Of a DNA stretch of 64,000 nt, positions 26,956 to 41,402 are shown piece after piece. Under the pieces are notes generated by a model. The model had not been told where the DNA came from. It saw nothing but the letters and a program-made list of their open reading frames with translations, and did not search any database. The DNA is from Vermamoeba vermiformis (Eukaryota). Every line of letters begins with the position of its first letter. The first letter of the stretch is position 1. The position numbers and the translations under genes are program-made. The stretch spans positions 558,001 to 622,000 of the forward strand of contig JBEWZL010000209.1 of assembly GCA_045837725.1 (NCBI GenBank), read 5' to 3'.

Positions 26956-29900
26956 ATGTCTAACCCGTTGAAACGAGGACGAGAAGAATCGCAGCCGGAT
27001 GTAGATGAAGGACCCAGCAAGAAACAGAAAATCTCCGAAAATAATATTTTAGATTATTTACACGATGAGTTAGTGCAACATATTTTGGTTTTTGTCCCAC
27101 ATGAGCATGTTGGTGAGTGATCTGATCCACCCTTGGCTAAGCTCGTCTATAATTTTAATTAATTTGTTAATTATAAAAGTTTAGTTTCCCATTCGATTTT
27201 ACTAATTCTTACTCGGATCAGGCAGTCTACGCTTAGTCTGTAAATTGTTCAACAATATTATTCAATCTCAAGAATACTGGCGAAGAAAATCAATTGAAGA
27301 ATGGGACGCTGATGATGTAATACCAGAGCCACGTGCTCTTTCACTATCAGCTTCGAGTGACGCTTTATTATCGAACACAGAGTACTTGATCCCGTTTATT
27401 AAAGGTTCGTAAGTTTAATATTGCAAAATCGACACGAGCTAATATATTAATTAGATGGCTCGAAAATATTAATACATTGGAGACAATATTATATTACCAG
27501 GTAACAAAACTAATTTGTTGCGATCTTGTTTTTTGGCTAATGCTTCTTTAGGAAAAAATTACACAGTTTTATCGACGAATTAATGCCTAATTTTACTGAG
27601 GAAGACTCTGTGGTAATCATTTACTCCTTTTTATTTAAACCCGATCTGCTCACGAGATCTTTTGTTGTCCAGGATTTCGACGATGTGAGCGAACTTAAAA
27701 TCGCCGATATTAAGAATGTGTTGGGGTATATAGAGACCTATAATTGGGATGATGACGATCCAATCCTGTGGCCCGAAGGCAACAAATTTCAAAATAACTT
27801 CTCTCGGCTCATGTTCGATTGCACCGCTGAAATACTCCTAGTCTACATTAATAACGAAAAATGGGAAGACGTGGAGCACATAACAAGGAATATATTTCCT
27901 AAAATGGATTTAGCAGGAAGTTTCATAAATCACGAAGCGTAAGTCTAAAATTCAATTTTCTTTAAATATTGTTATTACACTTTATTAGGAAATTTTAAAA
28001 TATTAATATGCTTAATAAAGTATATGCGTCAAATTGCTCCAGATCAGCGAGGCACTGCAAGACAAAGCTACTTACGTGGTTCCATACTTCCACAAAGCAG
28101 TCAGTTGCTTCAAAATTCTAAAAGAAGTAACGCCTTTCACGAAAAGAGTATACAGAAGAGTAGTAGACCAACAGATTAAGATGGGCTTGCTCACGCATTA
28201 CTTGCCTCTACATCCGACAAAACACTTGCATTTCAGATACCCACAGAAAAGCTTCCAAGCTATTGTCTTAACAAAATTATATCCTTTAATCGAAGGTAAT
28301 ATGCATATATTAATATATTCGATTATTAAGCCATTTCATTTTTAGAACTTGTTCCGATCCTGTTTGCAACAGTGGCCAAGGTCTTTTACGATCCCAAGTC
28401 TGATTGGAGGTCGCGAGCAAGTGCATTGGCGGCTTTAAGAACTGTTTCGATACCTGCTGACGATAAGTTGGCCTATGGGTTATTTGAGTAAGTACAACCG
28501 TAGTTTTTCATACGTGTGTTGGATCTAATATTTTCGTAGATTTGCATTAGACGCTATCAAAATCGATAACGAAGAAGTATTGCATGCAGGTTTAGTGTTG
28601 CTATACGAGACTGCAACTTTTTGCGGTGATATTCATGAACGGATCTCAGATGAGCAAGCGATCTGTTTGTTTCAGATAGTTACTCAACAAATTCGAAAGC
28701 AGCCCGTTCAACACGGGTAAGTTTAATGCTTTATATTATAATTTCTTATTAATGACTCAACCATAGTTTGTTTCTCGTGGAAATTCTCGGCGAGTTGTTG
28801 GAACATCAAAAATCTCCGTGTTTGAGCGATCAACTGCTTGATGAGCTGAATAAGAATGTTCTGTGGCTATTGCAACAACAAGGAGTCATTAATAACGGCT
28901 CTGTTGAGTTCCACGCCCTGAACAAAATTCAAGATCTGGGTAAGATCTTCAGATCAAGAATGCGACCTGTAAGTAGCGCATCGATTAATACACAACCTGT
29001 ATCTAATAAGAGCCGCTTAGTATCTGCCAGCATATAAAGAAGTGCTATTCAATATGGCCCTATCAGCCGACTTGAAGGCGAATCTGACCACAAACGAAGA
29101 GATCTTGGCAGTCTACTATGGGCTACGTAAGTAGTTTTATTAATGTATATGCAATGATATAAATCTAATATTTTTTATTAGTTAAGGATACAGTCGAGGA
29201 TTTTGACCGAGAAGGAAAGGTACTGATTGATCAAGTACTTCAAAACGCGATCGGATTCGAAGTTCGTCATCCTCAATTCTTTGCTCTATGTGGAAATATA
29301 GTGCAACAGCATCACTTCCGTACCGAAGAAAATAGAGATCAGTTGGCATTAATTATCAAAGCCATGCTGGCTTTGTTCACTGATCAGATCCATCTGTACG
29401 GCCAATCATTATATCCCGATGCGATGCTGCCAGTAGAAATTCCGTCGGATATTCCCGACACTCTCGATCAGTTCTTGAACGTGACCAAAGATATTATTAT
29501 TGACAAGAAGGTGACAGCCGACAAAACAGATCTGGCTGAATTTTTCAATTTTGAAGCCACGCCCGAGCCTCAAGATGTGAAGGAGACTAATAGTCCATAT
29601 ATAGTCAAGGTTAACTTCCTTGATGTCTACGAGAATGATTTTGATCGTGTGGCCATTCGACAGGTAAGCAGATCTCAGCACTAAATCCAATTGACCAGAT
29701 CTGACCTTTCGTATTAGGAATTATCTTCGCATTTTGGCATTGCAGCAATAGAAAATCTCATGGAGATTGCATTGCGAATGAAGCAAGATTTCCTTCCTTT
29801 TGCCCAAACAACACTTCACGTTGCCCTTGCATTGTTCCGCGTAGGAGTTCCACCCAAACACTATTTGACGTTTGGAATCGGAGAATTGCTCCAATTAATC

Positions 29901-31005
29901 AAAGACGAGCTCGGAGATTATGACAAGATGCAGTACGTCAAGATTTTGACGCAACGCTTGGACTTCTTTTTCACGCACTATTTCGACACATTGCGCGCTC
30001 AAAAACTAGTATCATCATTGAATCATTTGTATATGATAGTAAGCACATCTAATATAGATAAGGGTATATTAATTAATATTGTCTAGTGTGCGCACTATCA
30101 GCTGAAAAATCCGTACATTACACCGACTGTCATTAAATGCATGCTCGATTTTTTCTTGGAAGCAGAACAATCTCCGCACGACCCTCAATGGCCTAAAGTG
30201 GTGCGTACATGATAAAATATGACCTAGTAGTAGTAATCCTGACCTATTTTTAGCTCCCTGAAATCATTCGAATCTACGTTCTCGGTCACCCGCGTAAAAC
30301 TTATACAGCGTTGTTGAAATCAAAGTTAAAAGAAAGTGGATGGTTTTTAACGACCATAGAGGCCAATGATGTAAGCACTTATCATAGACTAAGTTTTCGT
30401 ACCGGAAATCTGACAACGTTTCATAGCATCGTAGAAGCGCTGTCTTTGAAGCATTATCGTTTTTGGTGATATATTTTGGAATCGATTATTCGCTGGTAAG
30501 TTTTATTTCTTATTTTTTAAGAAAATTAATAATTTTGTAGAGTCTGTTTAATTCTCCACTCCCGACCTTAGAACTCTTAAAGAGTAAGTAACTCGGTCAT
30601 TAGCTTACATATGTGCTTATTATTGTCATGATAGAGGTCAGAGATAGCTGCCTTCAATTTTACATGGAGACTAAGGCGACTCTGTCGCTGGGTACCAGAG
30701 TCTTTTTGGAAGTTTTCATAGTGCTGAGCTCAGCAGCGCTGTTCAAGCAAGAAATATTGGAATTCAGATTTTTCCAAACGTTCATATTTAATATGGAGAT
30801 GATTACGGATGCGCTTGAAAAAATTACCAGCGACGAAGAAGTTAAGCAACAATACGGCACTGGCAACGATGAATTTGATAAGTTTATTGTCGAGGATATA
30901 TTGGAGGCTCATCACGGATTTACGGCTTGGTATTGGGTCGGCGTGTTGAAGCATTACGGAAGAGTGCTTGCTTTGGAGAATAGTGAAGACAAACCTCCTG
31001 AATAA
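26956..31005 (+). CDS. F-box protein with helical (ARM/HEAT-like) C-terminal region
   Basis: N-terminal NLS (KRGR...SKKQK), then an F-box (ILDYLHDELVQHILVFVP...LRLVCKLFNNII...W) across exons 1-2, then many helical exons ending at 31005. Confidence 0.65.
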
Positions 31006-31175
31006 ACTTAAAGCTTACTCCACATCATCGTGTTATTTATTAAGTGTTCTGAAACGGATCGTCTTTGGTGCCACTGTGTTTTTATTGCGGATTCAGGTTT
31101 TGACCAATTTTGACCGACGCATAACTGAGAAGTTCGTGGCGATTTCTTCTTTATATATTCTGTAAAATAGCAACG

Positions 31176-32278
31176 ATGTCGGACGAAGACAGCTCAGGAA
31201 ATAAAAATGAAAGCGATTCGGCGATCAGAGAACAAGATCGATACTTGCCGATCGCGAATATCAACCGTATTATGAGGAAGTCTTTGCCTAATGCAGCAAA
31301 AATATCCAAAGACGCTAAAGAGTGCGTTCAAGAATGCGTATCAGAATTTGTGAGCTTTATTACCTCAGAGTAAGTAAATTTTTATTTTCGGTTCGAGATC
31401 TTGCTTTTAACAATTCCGAAAAATATTATAATAATCACAAAAAATATTTGGTTGCAATTGAAAGCGTAATATAGCATTAGAACCTTAACAGAATTAATTC
31501 CAAAATTAATTTAATTTTCGAGAAATTATACTAACCGGCGAATGATTAGAGCCAGCGAGAAGTGCGTCAATGAGAAAAGAAAAACAATTAATGGAGATGA
31601 TATTATTGTCGCTTTATCTACATTAGGCTTTGATAATTATGTTGAGCCGCTCCGTCTTTATTTGCATAAATTACGCGAGGTAAGTAACAGCTTTCCGAAT
31701 ATTGAAAATTAATTGTAACACATACGGCTTATTTACTAAGTTTAATTTGTGATATATTTTAAAGTACAATTCACAATCACAAACGAAAAAACCATCGTCA
31801 AAGCGAGGCGGTGAAGAAAGTTCCTCGGGTCCAAAGCAGAGTGAAGTGCCTGCAATGAATGCTGTCGCTATTCCACCCACTATGTATGCTAATTATAGCG
31901 TAAGTACTACTGACCAATTATTGATAGTAACATTTCTCTCGAGATCTTCTATTACTTTTCATTTGTAAGGTTTTGACGTTCGATTAAAATTCTAATTTAC
32001 GAAGTATCGATATCGCACTTATTATAAGTAAATAGTGTTATATACTGGATGGTCCAAAACAATAATGCAAATTGAGTTTTCGAGCAGATCTTTTGAGCTC
32101 ACTTTGTTTTGCTTGCCTTATTTTATTCTAACAATGCATCATATTCGTATAGAACTACGCAGTGCCACCAGGTTTTCCCAAAACAGGTGCCTACGTGATC
32201 ACACCTGGCGGCATCCCAGCTGGTACAATGGTTGGAGGTGAGCCGTCCACGCCACCTGAACAAAGCACGCAGCAATAA
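31176..32278 (+). CDS. NFYB: Nuclear transcription factor Y subunit B (HAP3/CBF-A)
   Basis: [83 protein letters not shown]. Four exons. Confidence 0.95.
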
Positions 32279-32716
32279 TAATAAGACTAGTATTATTATT
32301 TAAATAGTCAAATTTAATAAATGTAAAATAAGTATTGTAGCAAAAAGTTATCAAATATCTACCGGATGCCAACAGGAGGCAGTAAGTTAATTAATAATTA
32401 TGGTAAGCAAAAAATTGCGTTTTTCTTCGTATAAATTCAAGAGCCGCTCAACACCGGACGAACTGAACACAAAACGGACAAAGTACTAATCCCTCTCATA
32501 TTGTGTGGCGAAATTGCTGTGGCTTACACAGAATAGATCCGCTTGCGTAACCTAAAGCTGATAAAGGACCGCAATTTTGGAATAACATGTATTGTAACGA
32601 TTAGTGTCTAATGCATTTAATTAGTTCGGAGCTCGATGATTCGCAGGGTGGTTTTATTCTATGTACACTACTATGTTACAACAAGCACTGTTCGTACCCA
32701 ATAAGATAAATTGCAA

Positions 32717-35403
32717 TTAATTTTTCAGCTTTGAAATAATCTTTGCAGCTATTTCAATGGCGGCTTCTATATCAGGGGCATAATACGCGTTCAATACGGC
32801 GTCAGTACATTCCGGAAAATGGTCCGCAAGTGAGGATCTGACACGTGTCAATTTTCGGTAATTGTTGTCAATGTAAACCACCGGTCGGTCAATCAAAGTT
32901 GCCATAATTGATGCGTGCAATCGATCGGAAATGATCACGCGACCGCGACTAAGCATTGTATTGCCTAATTGGGTTCGATATGACACCATTGCCTCGATGC
33001 TTTGGTCTTTGCCAGGATATAGATATCGATCTGGTAGTATCGATGTGATATTACTAACTACCTCGTCCGCCATTTTCGCCACGGGAAATCCCAAAATAGG
33101 AAAGTCGAAAAATTCCGCTGTCAAGTCCGCTTTCTTGGCCAAGTCCTTTATAGTTTGCTTGTCTAATGTAGTGTATTAGTATTGTTAGATAATACGCACT
33201 ATTGATATAGTTTAGTCCTTACTTGAAATAGCAGATTCGAAGTCTTGTCGGATCAAGAAAAAAAGATCCACGACAGGATCTGCATTAGGCAACAACGGTC
33301 CGAGCATGAAAGCCGCATCGGGTAAGTAAATAGCCTTTTCTAATTTAAACCTATCTTTGGCCAATTGCAAGGATTCGTTGTCTCGAAGCGTCATCGTCAA
33401 GTTTGGGTGTCTGTAGCTTTTCACCGCCAGATCCAACCGTTCTTGTGATTTGTAGTGGATACTTTGCGGTAACATGACTAATCGTGCGTTATATAAAAAG
33501 TTGTCGTAGCCAATCACATTGATCAGCTGCCATCGATCGCTATCTGCTTCGGGATAAATGTCACCCACATTGCCACCACCTGTCATGAACAAAACTCCGT
33601 TGTGAATGTCAATTTGTCCCTAAATAAAACAAAGCTCATATTAGCACCACTGATCTTATGATAACTTATAAAGTCGGTCCCGAATTAGTCAATTTTTCAG
33701 ATGTGGATGTGTCACGAATCCAATTACTTACGGTTATCAGTAGATTATACGATTTGAAATTATCAACGAGCGTAGGTGAGCGTTGTGCTATTTGTCCATA
33801 TATATTCCATAGTGTAGTCTGGCCGTTGTAAATGAACGCATCGCCCAAGTTCCAATGATCCGGAAAATGAACGACCGCAAAGTTAGCGTTGGGTCTGATC
33901 ATAGATGATACTTGATCTATATATAGCGATCGTGTTTTGTGCAGGCACTGCTGTCGCATTTGCTTTCTCACGCCTACTGGCATGGATCTGTCGTTGAAAT
34001 CGATCAATGGGATCTCGACACTTGGTTTCTTAAACGTTGTTTGTTCGATATTATAATCGATCTTTTGAGGTAAATTTTGCAATTGTGCGTGCACCATAAA
34101 CAGCACAAAAGTCACAATGATGACACCTGTCAATTTTTGAGTCGCGTAGTTGTTGTGCTGTTGCATGATTCGAGGCGTTATAATATCGTTGTAATGCTGA
34201 TCTATCAACGGCTCTTCATCAAATCTATTATATGCAGCCATGGCTATCAATACCATCGATATTAAGATGATCAGTAAGGGGATCCCGGAACTCGTCAAGA
34301 TGGCAGATGTGACTCCACAAATAAGACTCGCAGTAACAGTGGCCGTTTGCTTCGTTGTTGGTAATGATTGCCTCGTGAATATGAAAGCTAAACAAGCCAA
34401 AGCACCGCTTGCAATCAGCAATTTTAGATCCGGAATTCGGTTCATGAACGAGTCCCGTTCGACAGGTGACATGAGCCACAAGACGAGACACAACGTTGCG
34501 TCGGATACGATGTCCGATTGAACGACTATCATCTTCGTGTGCTGAGAGGATAATTTCTTGGCTTCTAGTCTGATTATCGATGAACTCGCTGCGAAAGCCA
34601 CATCCAGCAATGAAATCGACTTGTTTGCTCGTAGAAACAAAATTGAGCCGACCAAACTGAGCCACAGCATCTTCTTATTGTCTATTTTCTGCTCCATAGC
34701 ATTGGTAGCAGTAATTGCCAGCAACTAAAAGCCACAAATTAATTAGGTCCGAATTTAATACACGTGATTTTGTGCTGTTGCTGATTTATCATTAAATATG
34801 CCGGCATATCGGTAAGTCCGTCGTAATTTTTAAGATATCGAAATTCATGTAATCATGATAACGGAAGTGTTCCGCGTGTAATTTACCTGGATCAAAACGT
34901 ATGAGGTTAGATCGACGTTGCTTATTGCCAAAAAGAATAGTAACAGGTCGCTTCCTCTATAAATAGCCAGTTCTACGTTCGCCGCGTTGAATATACGGGT
35001 TTCTTTGTTCATTCCTTGCAGCATCCCGTTATAAATCAGAGCCATCGCAGCACAGGCCATAGTTAATATCATAGGGGCTGATAATATCGATAGAAAATAA
35101 TATGAGAACAGTATTCTGGCCGTTTCAGCGGCGATGCCAGCAATAACATCGCACTGGCACCAAATCCGCATGGTATACCAATTCTGATTCTTATTCTACT
35201 TATTCTATCTAAAAATTATGCCTCAACATGTGTCGTTCATGTTGTGCATAAATAAATTCCAATAAACTGAAACACAACATTGGCAATGCAGAAAGATTCT
35301 GCCTGACAAATGACGGCTTTAAATTTAATTCGGGTATTTGAACGATTTCGTCAGCTTGACGATAGTTATAATTAAATCGATTATCTAATATTTGGAACTG
35401 CAT
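32717..35403 (-). CDS. Polysaccharide pyruvyltransferase (Pvg1/EpsI-like) with an N-terminal multi-pass membrane domain (5' end approximate)
   Basis: HWNLGDAFI, GGGNVGDIYP, PQSI, LRDNES, PDAAF, SDRLHASIMATL..P and DNNYRK motifs. ORF 33666-34724 links several TM helices in-frame to the catalytic domain. Confidence 0.8.
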
Positions 35404-35629
35404 AAATATTCGTAGCTTTTTGAATTGGGGGTGAGGATCCTGCGTAGATCTCTTCTAACTTCTCGATAGTGGTACGTTGATAAGGATAGAAATAATTTTC
35501 ATGTACCTACAGATGCTAATCAACTCCTGGGTCTGTCGAGATAGATTTATCAAATTTATTCGCTGCGAAAAAAAAACCAACGGTGAACGGTGAATGACTA
35601 ATTAACTAACATAAGCCACATAATACAAC

Positions 35630-36253
35630 ATGCAGGTACATTTAATTGTATTGAAGAATTAGTATTTGCACGTTGACTAAGCAATTTTATTCTTATTAGA
35701 GTTCAGAGAAAGATCAGTTCAGAACTTATTTGAAAAAATCAGGAATTATCGATGCGCTTACCAAAGGTAAATATTGATATTAAGAGATGTGAATATTGCA
35801 AGCTTGATCGTTGAATGCATTTGCTCGATCTGAAAATTAATAAAATTTCTCGATTGTTGGTTATAATTTATCGTGCCTAATTCTATTGAGCAAAAATATT
35901 AATAATTAATAAGCAATATTTTGGCCATTAAATAAATTATCTAACAATTTTTTTATGATCTTAGTGCTCGTAGCTGTTTATGAAGACCAAGAAAAACCAA
36001 AAGATTCTGTCGAGTATCCTTATTAATAATACGCATAATATAATATAGATAGCGTACTAATCGTCATTTATTTGAAATTTGAGCATAAATTTCGAACTTC
36101 AATTTTGCTGTTGATCTGATCCTTAACTACTCGCTTAGATTTCTTAAAAAGCACTTAGGACCTGTAATTGGTGTTGATATTGAAGCCTTAGAAAAAGAAA
36201 ATGCAGAATTGAAAGCTAAAGTTGAACAGTTGAGCAAACAACAAGCGGATTAG
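35630..36253 (+). CDS. MYCBP: c-Myc-binding protein (MYCBP/AMY-1) homolog
   Basis: Four small exons absent from the ORF track. They splice to MQSSEKDQFRTYLKKSGIIDALTKVLVAVYEDQEKPKDSVEFLKKHLG...LEKENAELKAKVEQL. Confidence 0.85.
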
Positions 36254-36592
36254 ATCCGATCGGTCAGTTTAAAATGTGAAGCTTAATTTTAAATTATGCA
36301 TCATATTTCTCTATTTGTTAATAGTAATATACTTGTAATAAAGAGCTTCTATTTAGATCATTATTTTCAATTTCAAGTTCGATCGGTCGATCAAATTCCA
36401 AGCCGATCTCAGTTTTGTTCTGATAGACTTGATAATTCGCCATTACATGACATCTGTAATGTTCATAATATAGGCAAATCACAAAGCGTATTCTTTGAAT
36501 AGATTCTTTTTTTGGTCCGATCTCGAAATTTGATTGCAAGAAAGATATTTCAGTTGGAATCAATTTAACAACAGTAGTTACTACATCTCAAG

Positions 36593-39500
36593 ATGTCTTC
36601 TAACGCACCACCTGGTCGTCATACTATTAAGGTCTCAAGTAAGTAATCAAATCTTCTTAGCGGATCCCGAGTAACTTTTTTGACTTGTTGATTTTAGTCT
36701 TACAGATCGACAAACTATTGGATAAAACGATAGGTCAGTATATAATTAATGGTAATATAATATTTAGCAATCTAAATTACTCGCAGGTGCACAGTATTTT
36801 TGCGAGTTATTTGTGTCAACCGAATCTGAAGGCTACAAGGTCGAAAAAAGCACTGAATATAAGACTGATAAAACAGAAGTAGAGACTTTTAAATGGGACA
36901 AGCCAAATGAATTTTCGATGTAAGTCTAATTAAGATCCGTAAATTGACGTTGCATTTTTAATGCCGAATCCAGCGATTTACCAGCCAAAGCTGAAGCTAT
37001 AGTTGTATTCTTATTTGCAAAAAAGAAGGGATCGAAAGTACGTATTAACTAAAGATACGCCGATAATCTTTTTTGTGCACGTCAAGCGTAACTGATTTTT
37101 TGCTACATCCGCAGCGCGAAGAAGTTGGATACTTGCGTATTAACTTGGACGATATTACTTCTAATGACAAGAAGTGGTTCGTATTGCATAGCACCAAAAA
37201 AGAGCAAACTTTAGGTGCAGGTCTTCTTTACATCGATCTAAAATACGGAGTAAGTAATCTCATGTAAATTCTTCCATATAATTTTGATAATTTGATTCAT
37301 ATTCAACCCGTAACGATAGGAAATTTGATTCAAAAATGCGTAACAGGCTAATTATGTCAAGGAAAAAATCTAACCGGAAATTTCTATATTTAGAATAAGT
37401 TAGGACACGCTGCAACAGCTGTCGGAAGTGTATTTAAGAAACTCACAAATATAGTCACTGATAGTGGGCCTTCTGCCAAACAAAAAAAGCAATTTAAAGA
37501 GGAGCGCAAAAAAACTGTTGACACGAAGATTGGATTGGGCTATAAATCTGGAACGATTTCGTTGAAGTAAGTAATTATAGAATATTTAGCTAGACGAGTC
37601 ATATTAACAAGTATTGAAAGATTTTTGTATATTCCGCCTGGTCTGAAACGAGAAGGATGTTTGTGCGTAACAGGTACGTACCAGTATTTGTTATTAGATT
37701 TATTCATAGTCATAATTAGCCCTATTTGGTGTACAAGTTTTCGTTCGCACGAATTTTACTCTAGAAATGAACATTAATGTTTTGTCCGATGCAGTTTTGT
37801 CAGGCGCCAATCTCGATGCCAAGGACGTTGATGGAACTTCCGATCCATATGTAAGTACTACTCGACAAGCGTTCCAATTTGATATAATATAAAGGCTTAC
37901 CGTAAAATTGTAACAGGTCAAAATGACGCTGAACAACGTGACCGCCGTGAGTCAAATTATCAAGTCGAATTTGAACCCAATCTTCAACTACGAATGTCAA
38001 TTTGTTATTCCACCAAACTTTGAATTATTCACGCAATTGCACATTGAAGTCTGGGACTACGACAAAGTGACCAATGATGATTTGATCGGCACCACGGATG
38101 TGATACTCGATGAGTTCATTGAAGTTAATAATAGATCTCACACTGAATGGGAATTAGTATTGCCGTTGTTGCGACGAGAGAAACCGGTCGTGGACAAGCT
38201 GGATGGCACTAAAGAAGGAAATTCTTACAAGAAGATTGGTTACAAGCCTAAATATCCTATCGCGCTAATTCCTGGTAATTATCGCACATTTAAATATCGA
38301 TTTCAATCGTCGAACAACCTTTTCAAGTTTTTCAACGTCCGTGTTTTTTGGTGAAGGTTTACTGAGTCTATTTTTAGGTCTTGCCTCTAGTGTGCTCGAA
38401 GTCAAAGAAGGTGACAAGTACTGGCAAAATGAACGAATTTGGCTCTCATTGGCCAAAATCAACGCCGGAAAAGTCGATCACGTGACTAACAGTAAGTGCG
38501 ATACTTTGCAACGATTTTTCACCAATCTAATGATTTCCTTTTTTAGAATCGAACATGAAGAGCTCTAGCGAGGCCAAAGCCAACAAAAAGAAAGACAAGA
38601 AAGGCGATTACTCGATTAGGAAACAAAAGCTGTTGACGCAGAACAAGTGGGTGGACCACATGTGCCTCTCAGAAAAAGACAACACGAGCGATCCACCAGG
38701 CATCAAAGTGCGCGCAATGAAAGGTCATCAAGCCATCAGTTACTTGGCCGACGGTCTGGCCAAGAGCATCGCTTACGTAAGTACCTCAGCGCCTGCTTAG
38801 TTATTAACACTTCCTAATTTGGTAATCGTACGTAGGTCATGGGTCCGTTGATTGAAAATTTGATGGCTTTTGGCTATGACGAAAAGAATCTCGTTGCTTT
38901 GCCGGTAAGCAGCTTTGACACGTGTCAAACTTTTGGATTGATGAATAACGAACGACTAACCAAACGTGTTTGCAGTACGATTGGAGATTGCCACTGCCAG
39001 CCCTCGAAACGCGTGACAAGTACTTCACAGAAGTCAAAGAGGAGATTGAAAAACTGTACAAAAACACCGGGCTGCCCGTCGTAGTTGTCTGCCACAGCAT
39101 GGGCAACAGGTGCGTCAAGGCCATCTTAACAACGATGCTTATTCTCAGTTTGTAACGATACTTATTACGTATTGTAGGGTGTTCCAGTACTTCCTCAATT
39201 ACACTAAGAAACATTTCGGTGGTCAAAGTTGGATCGACAAACACATCCACACTTTTTACGCCGTTGGAGCTCCGTTCTTAGGCTCACCAAAGATTCTTCG
39301 ATCACTTGTATGTGCTAATATAATTCAGCATTTGTTTCTTTGCCTAACTTGATATTGTAGGTTTCAGGCGAGCGTATGGGATTGGATTTCTTCTTGTCAA
39401 CTTCCGAGGCATTGAAATTTGCACGTACTTTGGGCAGTTTTCCGTGCTTGTTGCCAATGGGCATCACTAAGCACTATCAGCCCAAGATCTTCACGTACGT

Positions 39501-40324
39501 CAAGAAAGAAGAGTTGAACGTGGACAACAAGGAGAAGAACGGTTCCTTGGTTGTCAAAGCCAAGAACTACGAGTGGATTGGACACAACGTCACGTCAATT
39601 TTAACGCTTGCTGGTGCTGAGGTACGTGCAGCCTAAACCTCTCTAAGAAGTACTCATTCGTCGCATATTTATAGCGTCAACTGGAAGTGTTCAAGAAGAC
39701 CTACCAAGCCAATTCACTCTACGGAGGCAGTGAAGAGAGCGAAGTCATTTTGAAAGCTCCTCCCGTCAAGAAGATGCGTCATATATACGGTATGTAGCAT
39801 TACCAAGTATTGTTGCAGGCATGCTTTTGACACGTGTCATCGCAGGTGTCAACTTGAACACGGAGAAGTTGTACTTTTACCGCTTCAACAAAGAGAAGAA
39901 GAGACTTGATTTGGACAAAACATTCGACGGGGCTGTGGAGGACTTCCCTGGCTACAAGTTCTTGGACGTAAGTCTCATTTCCTAATTTGGCAACGGAGGC
40001 ACGTTACTGACACGTGTCTCAAGGGCATCGGCTACGAGTGCAGTGACACACCGCAACAAAACGCCAAGAAATTCACGGGATTTATGAAGAACTGTTCTGG
40101 TGATGCGACAGTGCCTTACGAATCACTCAATTACTGCATGAATTGGAAAGACGATCTGGATCTGGAAGTTATCGGTAAGCAGAGGAATAATTTGTCGGGA
40201 GTTTGTACAATAGACTAATGTGGTGCTATTTCTAGAGCTTGAAAAGGCGGAGCATCGCGACATTGTTAGCACGACCATGTTTTTCCGTTTGTTGATCGAA
40301 TACGTCGCTGAGAAGTCAATGTAG
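36593..40324 (+). CDS. C2-domain-containing LCAT/PDAT-family acyltransferase
   Basis: C2 domain (ANLDAKDVDGTSDPYV...NLNPIFN...IEVWDYDKVTNDDLIG) and possibly a second, degenerate N-terminal C2. LCAT/PDAT motifs: PIALIPGLASS, LMAFGYD, YDWRL, VVVVCHSMG (nucleophile), GAPFLG, SGDATVPYESL, AEHRDI. Confidence 0.85.
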
Positions 40325-40566
40325 ATCGTTTATTATTATGTGATGTTTGCTTTTGATTGACTGGCATTATTTATTTGTACAGTAAATTAGTTGTTCGTTA
40401 GTCTTCGATCTCGATCTTGGTACGTCTTTTCTTTTAACTCCTTGGTCATATAACTGAACGCTATGTGTTTCCATTATACCCTTTGTTTTCTATCCCTAGC
40501 TCCAAGACTATTTATTTCGTTGAAGCGAAAGAAATTGATAGTTTCAGACTACTTTAACACAACACA

Positions 40567-41402
40567 ATGAGCTCTCCTGCTTGGGTTTCTTGTAAGTTAT
40601 AGATATTAATTATAAGATCCGAAAATATATCTAGTGGGCAGTTGCTTGCATTAAACCGATCGGATCTGATCTAACTTTATTTGTTTTACAGTGCCTTCAT
40701 GGGCTGTATTTTATTTGTGCTCTTTGCCTCGTACTGAAGCAGATCAAGCTACTACTAGCGCAAAGCCTGAGGCCAAATCCGAACCAAAAAATAATAACAA
40801 AAATAATACTAAACAACCAGCAGCTAAAACCGAACAAAAATCAAGGTAATATTATTGCACGATTATTTACTATCGAAATAATATAATTACAAGCGTAAAT
40901 TAATTTCTGTTAATTTTCTCGTAGTTCTGCAACGAGCCAAGATCCCGATGCGCAAGCTCGTGACGCTTTTCTCGCACGTGTAGAAGAAATTAAGAAGATG
41001 GGTGCCCAACCCGTCCGCAATCAAATTTTTGGAGCCTTGCACGGCGCTGCTCATCACGCTGGTGCCCTCCAAGTCAAAATCAACAGTACTCCCAAGAGCG
41101 AGCGAGATCCTCACTTCTTTTATTGGGACTTTGTAGACACTACCAAGCGCGATGAATATTACAAGCAAATTAACTTCGATTACTCGCACTACTTGGATTC
41201 ACACGGTCACTCGACGAATCCCGATCCGCACCACTATTACTGGGAGTTCTTGAAGGAGGCCGGCAAGACTGGTGCCACGCGCGACAGAAAGGGCAGTTGG
41301 ACTGCTGCCAGTGCACAGCCTAATCGCGAACGACGCGGCTCTGTAGGCCTCAGAGGGGATGCGCGCAGTGCTGTTCCTGTTGCTAACAACAACAATCAAT
41401 AA
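40567..41402 (+). CDS. Small membrane-anchored hypothetical protein
   Basis: Three exons. N-terminal hydrophobic helix (WVSLPSWAVFYLCSLP), Lys/Asn-rich linker, and the last exon is ORF 40998-41402. Confidence 0.55.
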
